Shown: in pieces, positions 51,406 through 60,196 of the stretch | Position numbering within the stretch: the first letter of the stretch is position 1 | Layout: each line of letters starts with the position of its first letter | The notes under the pieces: model-generated | Seen by the model: the letters and a program-made list of their open reading frames with translations, nothing else | Database searches by the model: none | What the model was told of the DNA's origin: nothing | Made by a program: the position numbers and the translations under genes | Assembly: GCA_963675745.2 (NCBI GenBank) | Contig: CAXXWX010000001.1 | Location: 224,001 to 288,000, forward strand | Source of the DNA: Phycisphaerae bacterium | Lineage (GTDB): Bacteria > Planctomycetota > Phycisphaerae > UBA1845 > Fen-1342 | Direction of reading: 5' to 3' | Length of the DNA stretch: 64,000 bases

Positions 51406-52979
51406 GCGCTGGTCGAGCAAAGGGCATCCTGATCGCCGTTGTCGCCTGGGTGGTGATCATCGCCATTCTGGCGATCGCGTATCGCTTTATCTTCCGGCCG
51501 GCCCGCGAGGCGAAGCTCACCGACGAGACCGGTTCCGCCAGTCGTTATGAACACGAGCTGGTCGTCGCGGCCGACTCGTTTTCGGGATACGCGCTGCTGC
51601 GCTGCCCCGAGTTGGCCGGCGATCTGGCCGGCGGCGGCATCAAGCTTGTTATTGACGATGACGGGGCCGATTATGGCGCCCGCATTGAGGCCCTGCGCGA
51701 CGGCGACGTGCAGTTGGCCGCGTTCACGGTGGATTCCTTCATTTCAGCGGGCGCTGCCATCGGAGATTTCCCGGCGACGATCGTCATGATCCTCGACGAA
51801 TCCAAGGGGGCCGATGCGATTGTGACGTATGACAGCGGGGTGGCACAGGTGCACGACCTCGACCACCCCGATGCGCGTTTTGTGCTCACGCCCGGATCAC
51901 CGAGCGAGTTTCTGGCCCGCGTGACGATCGCCGATTTCGGCCTCCAGGACCTGTCAAACGACTGGATTGTCGCGGCCGACGGCGCCGCGGACGTATTTGC
52001 CCGTTTTTGTGAGGCCGACAAGAACCAGCGCCGTGCATACGTCTTGTGGGAGCCGTTCGTGCTTCAAGCGCTGGAGAAGCCCGGCGCGCGCGTCTTGCTC
52101 GACAGCTCGAATCTCAAGGGGTATGTCTTTGACGTGCTGGTGGCCGAGCGCGACTTCCTCCATAACCACGAGGATCTGGTCAGGACATTCGTCGAGGCGT
52201 ATCTGCGCGCCGGTTACGCGCATCGTGGCGACGAGCGCATGACCGACCTGGTGGTTGCCGATGCCAAGCTGACCGGCAGCCCGCGTCTCAAAACGCAGCA
52301 GGCACGCAAACTCGTCGACGGCATCCAGTGGAAGAACACGCTCGAGAACTATGCGCACTTCGGCTTGCTGCCCGATGACGACCAGCAGGGGCTGGCGCAC
52401 ATAGAGGATGTGATCAGCAATATCAGCAAGGTGCTGGTGCAGACCGGTGCCCTGGGCGCCGACCCAATCAACGCGCGGGCCAGCACGTTGTTCTTTGATC
52501 GTATTCTTCGCGACTTGCAGGCCGCCGACTTTCATCCGGGCAAGCGGCTCGGTGTGATGAGCGGCGTCGGTCCCGGGACGAGCGACCTGGACGCGGTTCG
52601 CGGCGATGTCGAGTTGCCGGCGCTGACAGACGAACAGTGGGAGCGGCTGATGCCGGTGGGTGAGCTGCGCACCAGGCCGATCAGCTTCGCCCGCGGAACC
52701 GCGCGCATCAACATACAGAGCCAGCGTGAACTGGCCGACCTGGCGCAACGGCTCAAAGCCTGGCCGCAGTACTACCTGACCGTGATCGGCCAGGCGCGGG
52801 CCGGCGACAACCCCGAGGCCGATCGCCGACTGGCTGAGCAGCGCGCCGAGGCGGTGGTCGCGTTTCTGGGTGAGGCCGGCCTGGACAATAATCGCATGCG
52901 GCGAAAAGCGACGACGCTGACGGGTCGCGGCGGCGCGGCCCAGTCGGTATCCTTCGTGGTCGGCCAACCGCCGTACTAG
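51402..52979 (+). CDS. membrane-anchored NMT1-type binding protein fused to a degenerate OmpA-like domain
   Basis: N-terminal TM, DSFSGY, DESKGADAIV, SPSEF, LWEPF, ISFARG..LAEQRAEAV; ATGA overlap with the vWA gene. Confidence 0.78.
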   Translation: MSAGRAKGILIAVVAWVVIIAILAIAYRFIFRPAREAKLTDETGSASRYEHELVVAADSFSGYALLRCPELAGDLAGGGIKLVIDDDGADYGARIEALRDGDVQLAAFTVDSFISAGAAIGDFPATIVMILDESKGADAIVTYDSGVAQVHDLDHPDARFVLTPGSPSEFLARVTIADFGLQDLSNDWIVAADGAADVFARFCEADKNQRRAYVLWEPFVLQALEKPGARVLLDSSNLKGYVFDVLVAERDFLHNHEDLVRTFVEAYLRAGYAHRGDERMTDLVVADAKLTGSPRLKTQQARKLVDGIQWKNTLENYAHFGLLPDDDQQGLAHIEDVISNISKVLVQTGALGADPINARASTLFFDRILRDLQAADFHPGKRLGVMSGVGPGTSDLDAVRGDVELPALTDEQWERLMPVGELRTRPISFARGTARINIQSQRELADLAQRLKAWPQYYLTVIGQARAGDNPEADRRLAEQRAEAVVAFLGEAGLDNNRMRRKATTLTGRGGAAQSVSFVVGQPPY

Positions 52980-53010
52980 GATCACGAAGGTATCGTCGCG
53001 CTGCGCGGAT

Positions 53011-53748
53011 ATGTTGGACAAAGGCAAGCTTCGCAACCGGGTGCTGCTCAATCTGCTGACGAGCCCACTGACGCTCGTCCCCTTTGTGCTGGGCACGACG
53101 ATGCTCGCCGGCGCATTGGCGTTCAGCAACAAACTCGGTGCGCTGGCGTTTGCGGGGCTGGCCTGTGTGCTGGGCGCCGTTGGCACGTATGTAACGCGTG
53201 TGCTGCTGGGGACCGAGGCGCAGACCGCCAAGGTAATCGAGCAGATGCAGCGTGAAGCTCAGGTCGCCCGTGAAAGGCGGCTTGATAAGCTGGATAAACG
53301 GCTGGTGCGGGATCGCGACGCACGCACGCAGGCGGCCCTGCGCGACTTGCGTGCTTTTGAACAGGCGTTCAGGGCGCGCCAAACGTGGGCGCGGAAGCTG
53401 AACGCGACCTCGGCCTTCGACATCGTCTCCAGCGTGCAGGATCTGTTTGACGGATGCGTACAGGCCCTGGAGACGTCGCTCGAGTTGTACGAGACGGCCC
53501 GCAAGCTGCGAACCGACGAGGCCCGCCAGCCGATTCTGGAAAGGCGCGAGGAGATTATCCAGGACGTGCAGAGCAGTATCGAACAGCTCAGCCGTATCAT
53601 GGTCGGAATCCAGAGTCTCGGCACGGAGACCGCCACCGACAGCGATCTGGCCCGCATTCGATCGGAGCTGGACCAGAACCTCACGGTGGCCAGACGTGTC
53701 GAGGAGAAAATGCGTTCGTGGCAGGAACACTCGTTCGAGATGGAGTGA
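53011..53748 (+). CDS. 2-TM membrane protein with cytoplasmic coiled coil
   Basis: Two TM helices followed by a long helical region. Confidence 0.75.
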   Translation: MLDKGKLRNRVLLNLLTSPLTLVPFVLGTTMLAGALAFSNKLGALAFAGLACVLGAVGTYVTRVLLGTEAQTAKVIEQMQREAQVARERRLDKLDKRLVRDRDARTQAALRDLRAFEQAFRARQTWARKLNATSAFDIVSSVQDLFDGCVQALETSLELYETARKLRTDEARQPILERREEIIQDVQSSIEQLSRIMVGIQSLGTETATDSDLARIRSELDQNLTVARRVEEKMRSWQEHSFEME

Positions 53749-53821
53749 GCGCAGAACCCTGAGCGCAGACAAGCGGGTCCGTGATCGATACCCGGCAGAC
53801 GCAACCACAGGAGATTCGGAT

Positions 53822-54646
53822 ATGTTCGGCGCGATTTGGCGATACTTCAGAGCAATCGGCTATTACCTGACCGGTCGTGTTGACGCGGCACGCAAGGTGC
53901 TGGACACAAACCCGCACGTCGTGCGGGCCACGTTCGACCAGGTGGTCCGTGACAAACGGGGTCGTGTAAACCAGTACAAGGAAGCCGTGGCCACACTCAT
54001 CGCTCAAAAGGAGAAGAAGGTCAACCAGGTCGAGCGCCTCACCGAGGAAGTCGAGAAGCTCGAACGGCTCAAGACCGGTGCCCTGGCGAAAGCCAAGCAG
54101 CGCGTGGCCCAGCTTCAAGCCGCCGGCAAGGCCATGGCGGAGATCCAGCAGGACGGCGAATACCTCAAGTGCCAGGGGGCGTTCAGGGACTTCACCTCAA
54201 CTCTCGCCGAGAAGCTGGACCGCATCAGCACGCTCGAGGAGGAGATTCAAGCCGGCGACGTGCGCGTAAACGAGCACAAGGTCCAGCTCCAGAGTCTGCT
54301 GCGCGAGATTGAGAAGATCAAGGAGGAAGCCGCCGACACCGTCGCCGACATGATCACCGCCAAGGAGGAGAGGGAGGTAGCCGACATGCTCACCGGCCTG
54401 TCGGCTGATCGCAGTTCGGCCGAGCTGGCCCGCATGCGCGATCTGCGACAGCAGGTTAAGGCCGAGGCACAAGTATCCAAGGAATTGGCCGGCACGGAAA
54501 CCCAGGCCCAGGAGGCGGAGTTTCTGGAATATGCGCGCACCGACGCCGCGCAGGACGAGTTCGCCGCCCTGGTCGGTCTGGCCGAAGAGAAAGACACGGC
54601 GCCACCGACAACCGAGGCGCCCGAGAAAGACAAGCTGCCGGAGTAG
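53822..54646 (+). CDS. PspA/IM30-like coiled-coil protein
   Basis: Amphipathic N-terminal helix MFGAIWRYFRAI..TNP, long heptad coiled coils, 274 aa. Confidence 0.7.
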   Translation: MFGAIWRYFRAIGYYLTGRVDAARKVLDTNPHVVRATFDQVVRDKRGRVNQYKEAVATLIAQKEKKVNQVERLTEEVEKLERLKTGALAKAKQRVAQLQAAGKAMAEIQQDGEYLKCQGAFRDFTSTLAEKLDRISTLEEEIQAGDVRVNEHKVQLQSLLREIEKIKEEAADTVADMITAKEEREVADMLTGLSADRSSAELARMRDLRQQVKAEAQVSKELAGTETQAQEAEFLEYARTDAAQDEFAALVGLAEEKDTAPPTTEAPEKDKLPE

Positions 54647-54694
54647 ACGACCACCCGCGGCGCGCACTGCGCTGATTAACGAAGGGAGACAACC

Positions 54695-55756
54695 ATGAAG
54701 ACCACAACCCGAGCATTGCTGATCATTGCGGTCCTGACGCTGACAACAACCGCGCTCGCCGGCCCGCCAAGTTTCTCGCTTGCCTGGAGTGAGTACCCGT
54801 CCTGGAGCGCGTTCGGCGTGGCCCACGAATTCAAGCTGATCAACGGCAAGGAGGGCGAGTTCGGACCGCTCGAAAGAAAGTGGAACGTGGACATCGTGCT
54901 GAAGCAGGCTGACTACGAGCCGTGCCTGGTCATGTATGGCGCGCAGCAGTGTGACGCGGTCTGCATCACCAACATGGACGTGCTCAACCCGAGCCTGTCC
55001 GTGCCATCGGTGGCGATTCTGCCCACATCCACCAGTTTCGGCGCCGACGCCTGCATCGTCACGTCCGACATTACCGAAGTGAAACAGCTCAAGGGCAAGA
55101 AGGTCCACGGGCTGGCTCAAACCGTCTCCGAATATTGCTTCGTACGCGGGTTGCAGCAACTTGGCGAAAATCCCGACGAATACGAGTTTGTCAACATGGA
55201 CCCCGGCGCCGCCGCCGTCGCGATGCAACAGAAACAGGACGGCTTTGAGGCGATCGTGGTGTGGAACCCGTTCGTGCTGGAGACGCTTAGCCGGCGCAAA
55301 GACACGCGGGTGCTCTTTGACTCGACGAAGATCCCCGGCGAGATCGTCGACATGGTCGTCATCTCCCAGGCGGCGCTCGACAAGCCCGGCGGCGAGGCGT
55401 TTGCCTGTGCCGTCATCGACACTTTCTACGAGCTCAACAAGCTGCTGGAGCGGCCGGACACGCGCGATGAAGCCCTGGTCGCGCTGGGCGAGAAATTCTC
55501 GAATCTCGACCTTCAGGCCATGCGCACCGTCGTCAAGCAGACCCGGTTTTATGACAAGCCGAAGAAGGCGGTCACGCTCTTCGAGTCGGACGAGTTCAAG
55601 AAGGTGATGGGCATTGTCGTCAAGTTCTGCAAGGACAAGGAGATTGTCCCGAAGGAGCCCAAGGTCGACTTCGGCAAAAAGAAAGACACCAAGGTCAACC
55701 TTCGTTTCGACCCCGAATACATCAATCAGGTGGTCAAAAAGAACAAGGGCGGCTAG
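54695..55756 (+). CDS. ABC substrate-binding protein, NitT/TauT type (resembles the urea-carboxylase-region binding proteins)
   Basis: AWSEYPSW, ITNMD, LKGKKV, VVWNP, FDSTKIPGEIVD. Confidence 0.85.
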   Translation: MKTTTRALLIIAVLTLTTTALAGPPSFSLAWSEYPSWSAFGVAHEFKLINGKEGEFGPLERKWNVDIVLKQADYEPCLVMYGAQQCDAVCITNMDVLNPSLSVPSVAILPTSTSFGADACIVTSDITEVKQLKGKKVHGLAQTVSEYCFVRGLQQLGENPDEYEFVNMDPGAAAVAMQQKQDGFEAIVVWNPFVLETLSRRKDTRVLFDSTKIPGEIVDMVVISQAALDKPGGEAFACAVIDTFYELNKLLERPDTRDEALVALGEKFSNLDLQAMRTVVKQTRFYDKPKKAVTLFESDEFKKVMGIVVKFCKDKEIVPKEPKVDFGKKKDTKVNLRFDPEYINQVVKKNKGG

Positions 55757-55786
55757 CAGGGATTCAATGACCCAGTGCTGTCCGGC

Positions 55787-55854
55787 GTGTGCCACGGCTC
55801 TGTGAGCCGTGCTTTTCTCACGGCGGCACAGCACGGCTCACAGAGCCGTGGCAC
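55787..55854. repeat. perfect REP-like inverted doublet
   Basis: GTGCCACGGCTCTGTGAGCCGTGC ... GCACGGCTCACAGAGCCGTGGCAC. Confidence 0.85.
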
Positions 55855-55903
55855 GACAGCGACGAGGCCGATTGCAGGCGACTGCCCACTGACAGGAAAC
55901 TGA

Positions 55904-56710
55904 ATGATCCGAAAACCCATCGGACTTCGCTGGTACTTGACGCTGGGCATCCTGTCGATTGTGGTGCTGCTGGTGGGTTACAGCGCGCTGGCCTCTGCCC
56001 AGAAACGCAAGAACCCGGACGACACGACGGTCCCGTCCTGGACTCAACTCAAGGAAGGCGTCGTTAAGTCTATCGAACCCCACAAGCGCACCGGTGAGCG
56101 CTGGCTCGTCGTCGATACAAAGGCCACCGGCGTGCGCCTGCTGGTCGGTATGCTCTTCGGTGTCGGCGGCGCGGTCCTGCTCGGCGTGCTCATGGGCTGC
56201 TTCCCTCTGGTCGAGGCAATTATCTCCCCGCCCCTGACCATCTTCGCCAAGATCCCCGGCACCGCCGCCATGGCCGTGTTCTTCGTACTTGTCGGCACCG
56301 GTTTCCAGATGTACGTGGCGATGATCGCGTTCGGCGTGCTACCGAGCCTGGCGTTGACCGTCCATCTCGCCGTGCGCGACGTGCCCGCCGAGTTGCTTAA
56401 CAAGTCCTATACGCTGGGCGCGTCGCACGCCGAAGTCGTCTGGAACATCATCTTCCGCCACATTCTGCCCAAGCTCATCGACGCCGTGCGCCTTCAGATC
56501 GGGCCGGCGATGGTCTTCCTGATCGCGGCCGAGATGCTTGTCGGCGACGAGGGGTTCGGCTATCGCATCCGGCTTCAGCAGAAGAAGCTGGACATGAGCA
56601 CGATATTCTTCTACCTGGCGGTGCTGGCCGCCTTCGGGTTCGTGATTGATCACCTGCTGCGCAAGATCCAGCGTTGGCTGTGCCCCTGGCACAGACCCGT
56701 GAAACTGTGA
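55904..56710 (+). CDS. ABC transporter permease (NitT/TauT)
   Basis: TM helices, YTLGAS EAA-like loop, LIAAEML. Confidence 0.88.
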   Translation: MIRKPIGLRWYLTLGILSIVVLLVGYSALASAQKRKNPDDTTVPSWTQLKEGVVKSIEPHKRTGERWLVVDTKATGVRLLVGMLFGVGGAVLLGVLMGCFPLVEAIISPPLTIFAKIPGTAAMAVFFVLVGTGFQMYVAMIAFGVLPSLALTVHLAVRDVPAELLNKSYTLGASHAEVVWNIIFRHILPKLIDAVRLQIGPAMVFLIAAEMLVGDEGFGYRIRLQQKKLDMSTIFFYLAVLAAFGFVIDHLLRKIQRWLCPWHRPVKL

Positions 56711-56718
56711 CGCGAAAT

Positions 56719-57657
56719 ATGTCTGAGATCATCCTGCACTGCAACAACGTGCATCACTGGTTCGGCGCGAACAAGGTTCTCTTTGACGTGGAACTCAAAG
56801 TGGGCCGCGGGAACGTGGTCGCCGTCGTCGGGCCGAGCGGCTGCGGGAAGTCGACGCTGCTGCGCGCGATCGTGGGCACGCACCCGCCGCGCCGCGGCCG
56901 CGTCTTGATGACCGGCGAGGGTGGGCAAAGTTACGAAGTCCGCCGTCCCGGCCGCGATCGGGGGATTGTCTATCAGCGTTACTCGCTCTTCCCGTTCCTG
57001 ACCGCCCGCCAGAACGTGGCCGTTGGGCTGATGCTCGACCAGACGACGATTCTCGGCCGCCTGCTCACGGCCTATCCGGTCAGCGCGCTGCGCCGCCGGC
57101 ATCTTGATGAGGCCGCCGAGCTCCTCGAAAAGGTTGGTCTCGGCCGGGCGATGAAGCTCTACCCGCATGAGATGTCAGGCGGCATGCAGCAGCGTGTCGC
57201 CGTGGCGCAAGCCCTGATCATGAAGCCGCGCATTCTGTTGCTCGACGAGCCTTTCGGCGCGCTCGACGAGGCCATGCGCGAGGAGCTACAGCGTATGTTG
57301 CTGCGCCTGCACGCGGAGAACGTGGCCGCCGAGAAAGCTGGCGAACCCGCGCCGTACACGGTACTGATCGTCACACACGAATTGAACGAGGCCCTGTTCG
57401 TCGGTGATCGCGTGATCGGGCTTTCGCAGTACTGGAACTGGCGTGAGAAGAACCACACGACCTGCCCCGGCGCGACGATCATCTATGACCGCCCGGCCCC
57501 GATCTTTGACCCCGACAGTCCGCGTGACTTCGAGCAACTGGTCGAGCAGCGTGAGGAAATCCGCCAGGCGGTCTTTAACCCGGACTATCTCCAGGAACGT
57601 GAGGAGTTTCAGCGCTACTGGAGCAGTCAACGCCCGGCGGCTCCACCGAGCAGCTGA
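56719..57657 (+). CDS. ABC transporter ATP-binding protein (NitT/TauT)
   Basis: GPSGCGKST, MSGGMQQR, LLLDEPFGALD, VTH. Confidence 0.92.
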   Translation: MSEIILHCNNVHHWFGANKVLFDVELKVGRGNVVAVVGPSGCGKSTLLRAIVGTHPPRRGRVLMTGEGGQSYEVRRPGRDRGIVYQRYSLFPFLTARQNVAVGLMLDQTTILGRLLTAYPVSALRRRHLDEAAELLEKVGLGRAMKLYPHEMSGGMQQRVAVAQALIMKPRILLLDEPFGALDEAMREELQRMLLRLHAENVAAEKAGEPAPYTVLIVTHELNEALFVGDRVIGLSQYWNWREKNHTTCPGATIIYDRPAPIFDPDSPRDFEQLVEQREEIRQAVFNPDYLQEREEFQRYWSSQRPAAPPSS

Positions 57658-57782
57658 GCCGATCCGTCCATCAGTGCAGGCCGCGGGACAACGTCCACTA
57701 CCGACGAGCGCGCGTACAAACGGCGAGGCCACCCGATCGGGCAGCCTCGCCGCTCTTGTTGTCAACTGGATGAAGCGACGCC

Positions 57783-58667
57783 TTATCGACGGCGAATCAA
57801 TGCCACGATTCCGAGGCCGAGCAGCATGAGCGTGCCTGGCTCCGGGACAACCTGGAGGTTGTCGTAGATGATGTACTGCGACCCGGCCGGGGCGGCGAGT
57901 GAACTAAACAGGTCCGCATAGCCCAAGCTGATCTGGCCGTCCAGAACTTCCGAAACGTCCTGGATGATCGGCGTCATGCCGGTGGCGCCATCGAGCGAGT
58001 ACGTGATCGTACCACCCACGCCGCCAACAAAGTCGATCCGCAGCGTCGTCCAGGCGTTACCCGGCGAGCCGGCCCACGTATACGGCGGGCTCGGGAACAG
58101 GTTTTGATACGTGTCGCCCGTCGCATTCGTCGTGTTCGTACTGTTCAGGTAGCTCGCGTCGCCGGATGGAACCGAAGTGACGCTCGGCTTGAAATGTCGA
58201 TAGTCGGACGCCGAGCCGCCCTCGCCGGTCATCGACATGAAGTGACCGGTGCCTGAAATCGGCGTAAAGATCGAGTTGGCCGTGACGCCGTCGCCGGCCA
58301 CGCCCACGTGCATGAACTCGGTTGTGCCACTAGTGGCGTAGACGCCCATATACACGTCGACGATCAGCGAGTACGCATCCAGACCGACAATCGGCGTGTT
58401 GTGAAACGCGGTTAGCGTGTTCGCGACGCCGAGCGTGTCATTGGCGGTCATGCGCAGGCCGCCGACGTCGCCGGCGGTCGAATTCGGGGCCAACGGAATG
58501 CCGGCGGCGATGTAGTCGAAAGCGAACGCGGCGGATGAATCGGGTCCACCAATCTCGACAAGCGTGTAGTTCGCCGAGCTGTCGACTTCAAAGTCGTCCG
58601 CGATGAGTTGTGCACCGGCAACTGAAGTTATCGCCAGCACACAGGCCAATACAAGCAGGTTCTTCAT
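57783..58667 (-). CDS. PEP-CTERM sorting-domain protein
   Basis: Signal peptide; VPEPGTLMLLGLGIVALIRRR end. Confidence 0.9.
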   Translation of the reverse strand: MKNLLVLACVLAITSVAGAQLIADDFEVDSSANYTLVEIGGPDSSAAFAFDYIAAGIPLAPNSTAGDVGGLRMTANDTLGVANTLTAFHNTPIVGLDAYSLIVDVYMGVYATSGTTEFMHVGVAGDGVTANSIFTPISGTGHFMSMTGEGGSASDYRHFKPSVTSVPSGDASYLNSTNTTNATGDTYQNLFPSPPYTWAGSPGNAWTTLRIDFVGGVGGTITYSLDGATGMTPIIQDVSEVLDGQISLGYADLFSSLAAPAGSQYIIYDNLQVVPEPGTLMLLGLGIVALIRRR

Positions 58668-59018
58668 GACGATATGCTCCTTTTCTGCGCCTCCTGAGTC
58701 GCTTCCGATTCCGGACTGCACGTTGCTCAGCAAAGACGTGACCGCATTGACGGTGGCGTGCCGCCCCGCGCGGACACTGAGCCGCGAATCCTAACTACTC
58801 TACTTTAGCCCCCGGGCCATCCGGGAGCAAGCCAGAAAACATCGAGAACCGGCGTCGAATCACGCCAGATAACACGCCCGACATTCCTGCAACGCCCAGC
58901 GCCAAAATGGGGCCGATAATCAAACGCGTATCAGGCGCCGCCACGGCGCGGCGGCGTCGCGGAAACGACGGCCGCGAGGCTATACTGGCTGGCGTGACGA
59001 GCGAAGCCAGGAGAGCAC

Positions 59019-60101
59019 ATGCATCCACGAGTCGAACGCTTTCCCAAACCAGATCCGGACCATGGCAGGTTCCTTACAGTCCTCCGCCGTGACCGTCCTG
59101 ACCGCGTGCCCGTAGTCGAACTTGCGCTACACGCAGACGTGACCGCCGCACTCCTGGATGACCCGCCGCGAGCAACGAGCGATGCGCGCGCGGACTCAAG
59201 TCACCGGGTCGAGCAGTGCGTGCGCCTGCACCATCGGCTTGGCTACGACGTCGTCAAAGTCTCTGCAACGATCCCCTTTAACATAGGTCGGCTTGTCGGC
59301 ACCGACCCATCGGCGCTCAGCAGCAGCCGGCGCGAGTGGGCCGATCCGCACAGCGGCCCGATTCAAAGCCGCGAAGACCTCGAACGCTTTCAGTGGCCCA
59401 AACCCAGCGATATCGACTTCGGCCCGCTGGATGCGGCCACCGACTCCCTGCCGGACGGAATGGCGCTGCTGGGATTCTCGGGCGGCGTCTTGGAATTCGC
59501 CATGGACCTGCTGGGCATGCAGAATTTCATGCTGGCCACGCGCCGCGATCCCGAACTGGTTGCCGCCGTCATCGAACGCGTCGGTCAGACGATTTACGGC
59601 GTCTTCGAAGCGTATTGCCAGATCGACTCGATTTGCGCGCTCTGGCTCGGCGACGATTTGGGGCACAAACACGGCCCGCTTGTCTCACCAAAGCTGGTGA
59701 CTGAGCAACTTGTGCCCTGGTACAAACGCTTTGCCGATCTCGCCCACCGGCATGGACGCCCGTTCATTCTGCACAGTTGCGGCGACACGTCACTGGTGAT
59801 CGAGTCGATCATTGACGCGGGGATCGACGCCAAGCACAGCTTCGAAGACGGCATCACGCCGGTGGAGCAGTTTGCCGACAAGTGGGGCGACAAGGTTGCG
59901 GTGCTGGGCGGCGTTGACGTACATATCCTGGCGGCTGGCGACGAAGATGCGATCCGCACGCGTACACGCGAGATCCTCGAAAAGCTGGCGCCGCGCGGCG
60001 GCTACGCGGCGGGCTCGGGCAACAGCATCCCCAACTATGTCGCCCCCGAGCACTATCTCGCAATGCTGGAGACCGTTGCCGAGTTCAATGGGTTGAGGTG
60101 A
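59019..60101 (+). CDS. uroporphyrinogen decarboxylase-like (URO-D/MtaA family) protein
   Basis: PDRVPVVE, GDDLG, LHSCG, LGGVD, GSGNSI. Confidence 0.85.
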   Translation: MHPRVERFPKPDPDHGRFLTVLRRDRPDRVPVVELALHADVTAALLDDPPRATSDARADSSHRVEQCVRLHHRLGYDVVKVSATIPFNIGRLVGTDPSALSSSRREWADPHSGPIQSREDLERFQWPKPSDIDFGPLDAATDSLPDGMALLGFSGGVLEFAMDLLGMQNFMLATRRDPELVAAVIERVGQTIYGVFEAYCQIDSICALWLGDDLGHKHGPLVSPKLVTEQLVPWYKRFADLAHRHGRPFILHSCGDTSLVIESIIDAGIDAKHSFEDGITPVEQFADKWGDKVAVLGGVDVHILAAGDEDAIRTRTREILEKLAPRGGYAAGSGNSIPNYVAPEHYLAMLETVAEFNGLR

Positions 60102-60110
60102 AACCACCAA

Positions 60111-60196
60111 TGTAGGGCTTGCCGCACCGCATGGTCGACCAACGTGCGGCGAGCCGCACCCTACCTGGCCAACTGGTGCGGCGAGCCGCACTCTAC
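60111..60196. repeat. GTGCGGCGAGCCGCAC(C/T)CTAC REP-like cluster
   Basis: Two direct copies plus an inverted partial; same core as the 24.6 and 26.5 kb repeats. Confidence 0.7.
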
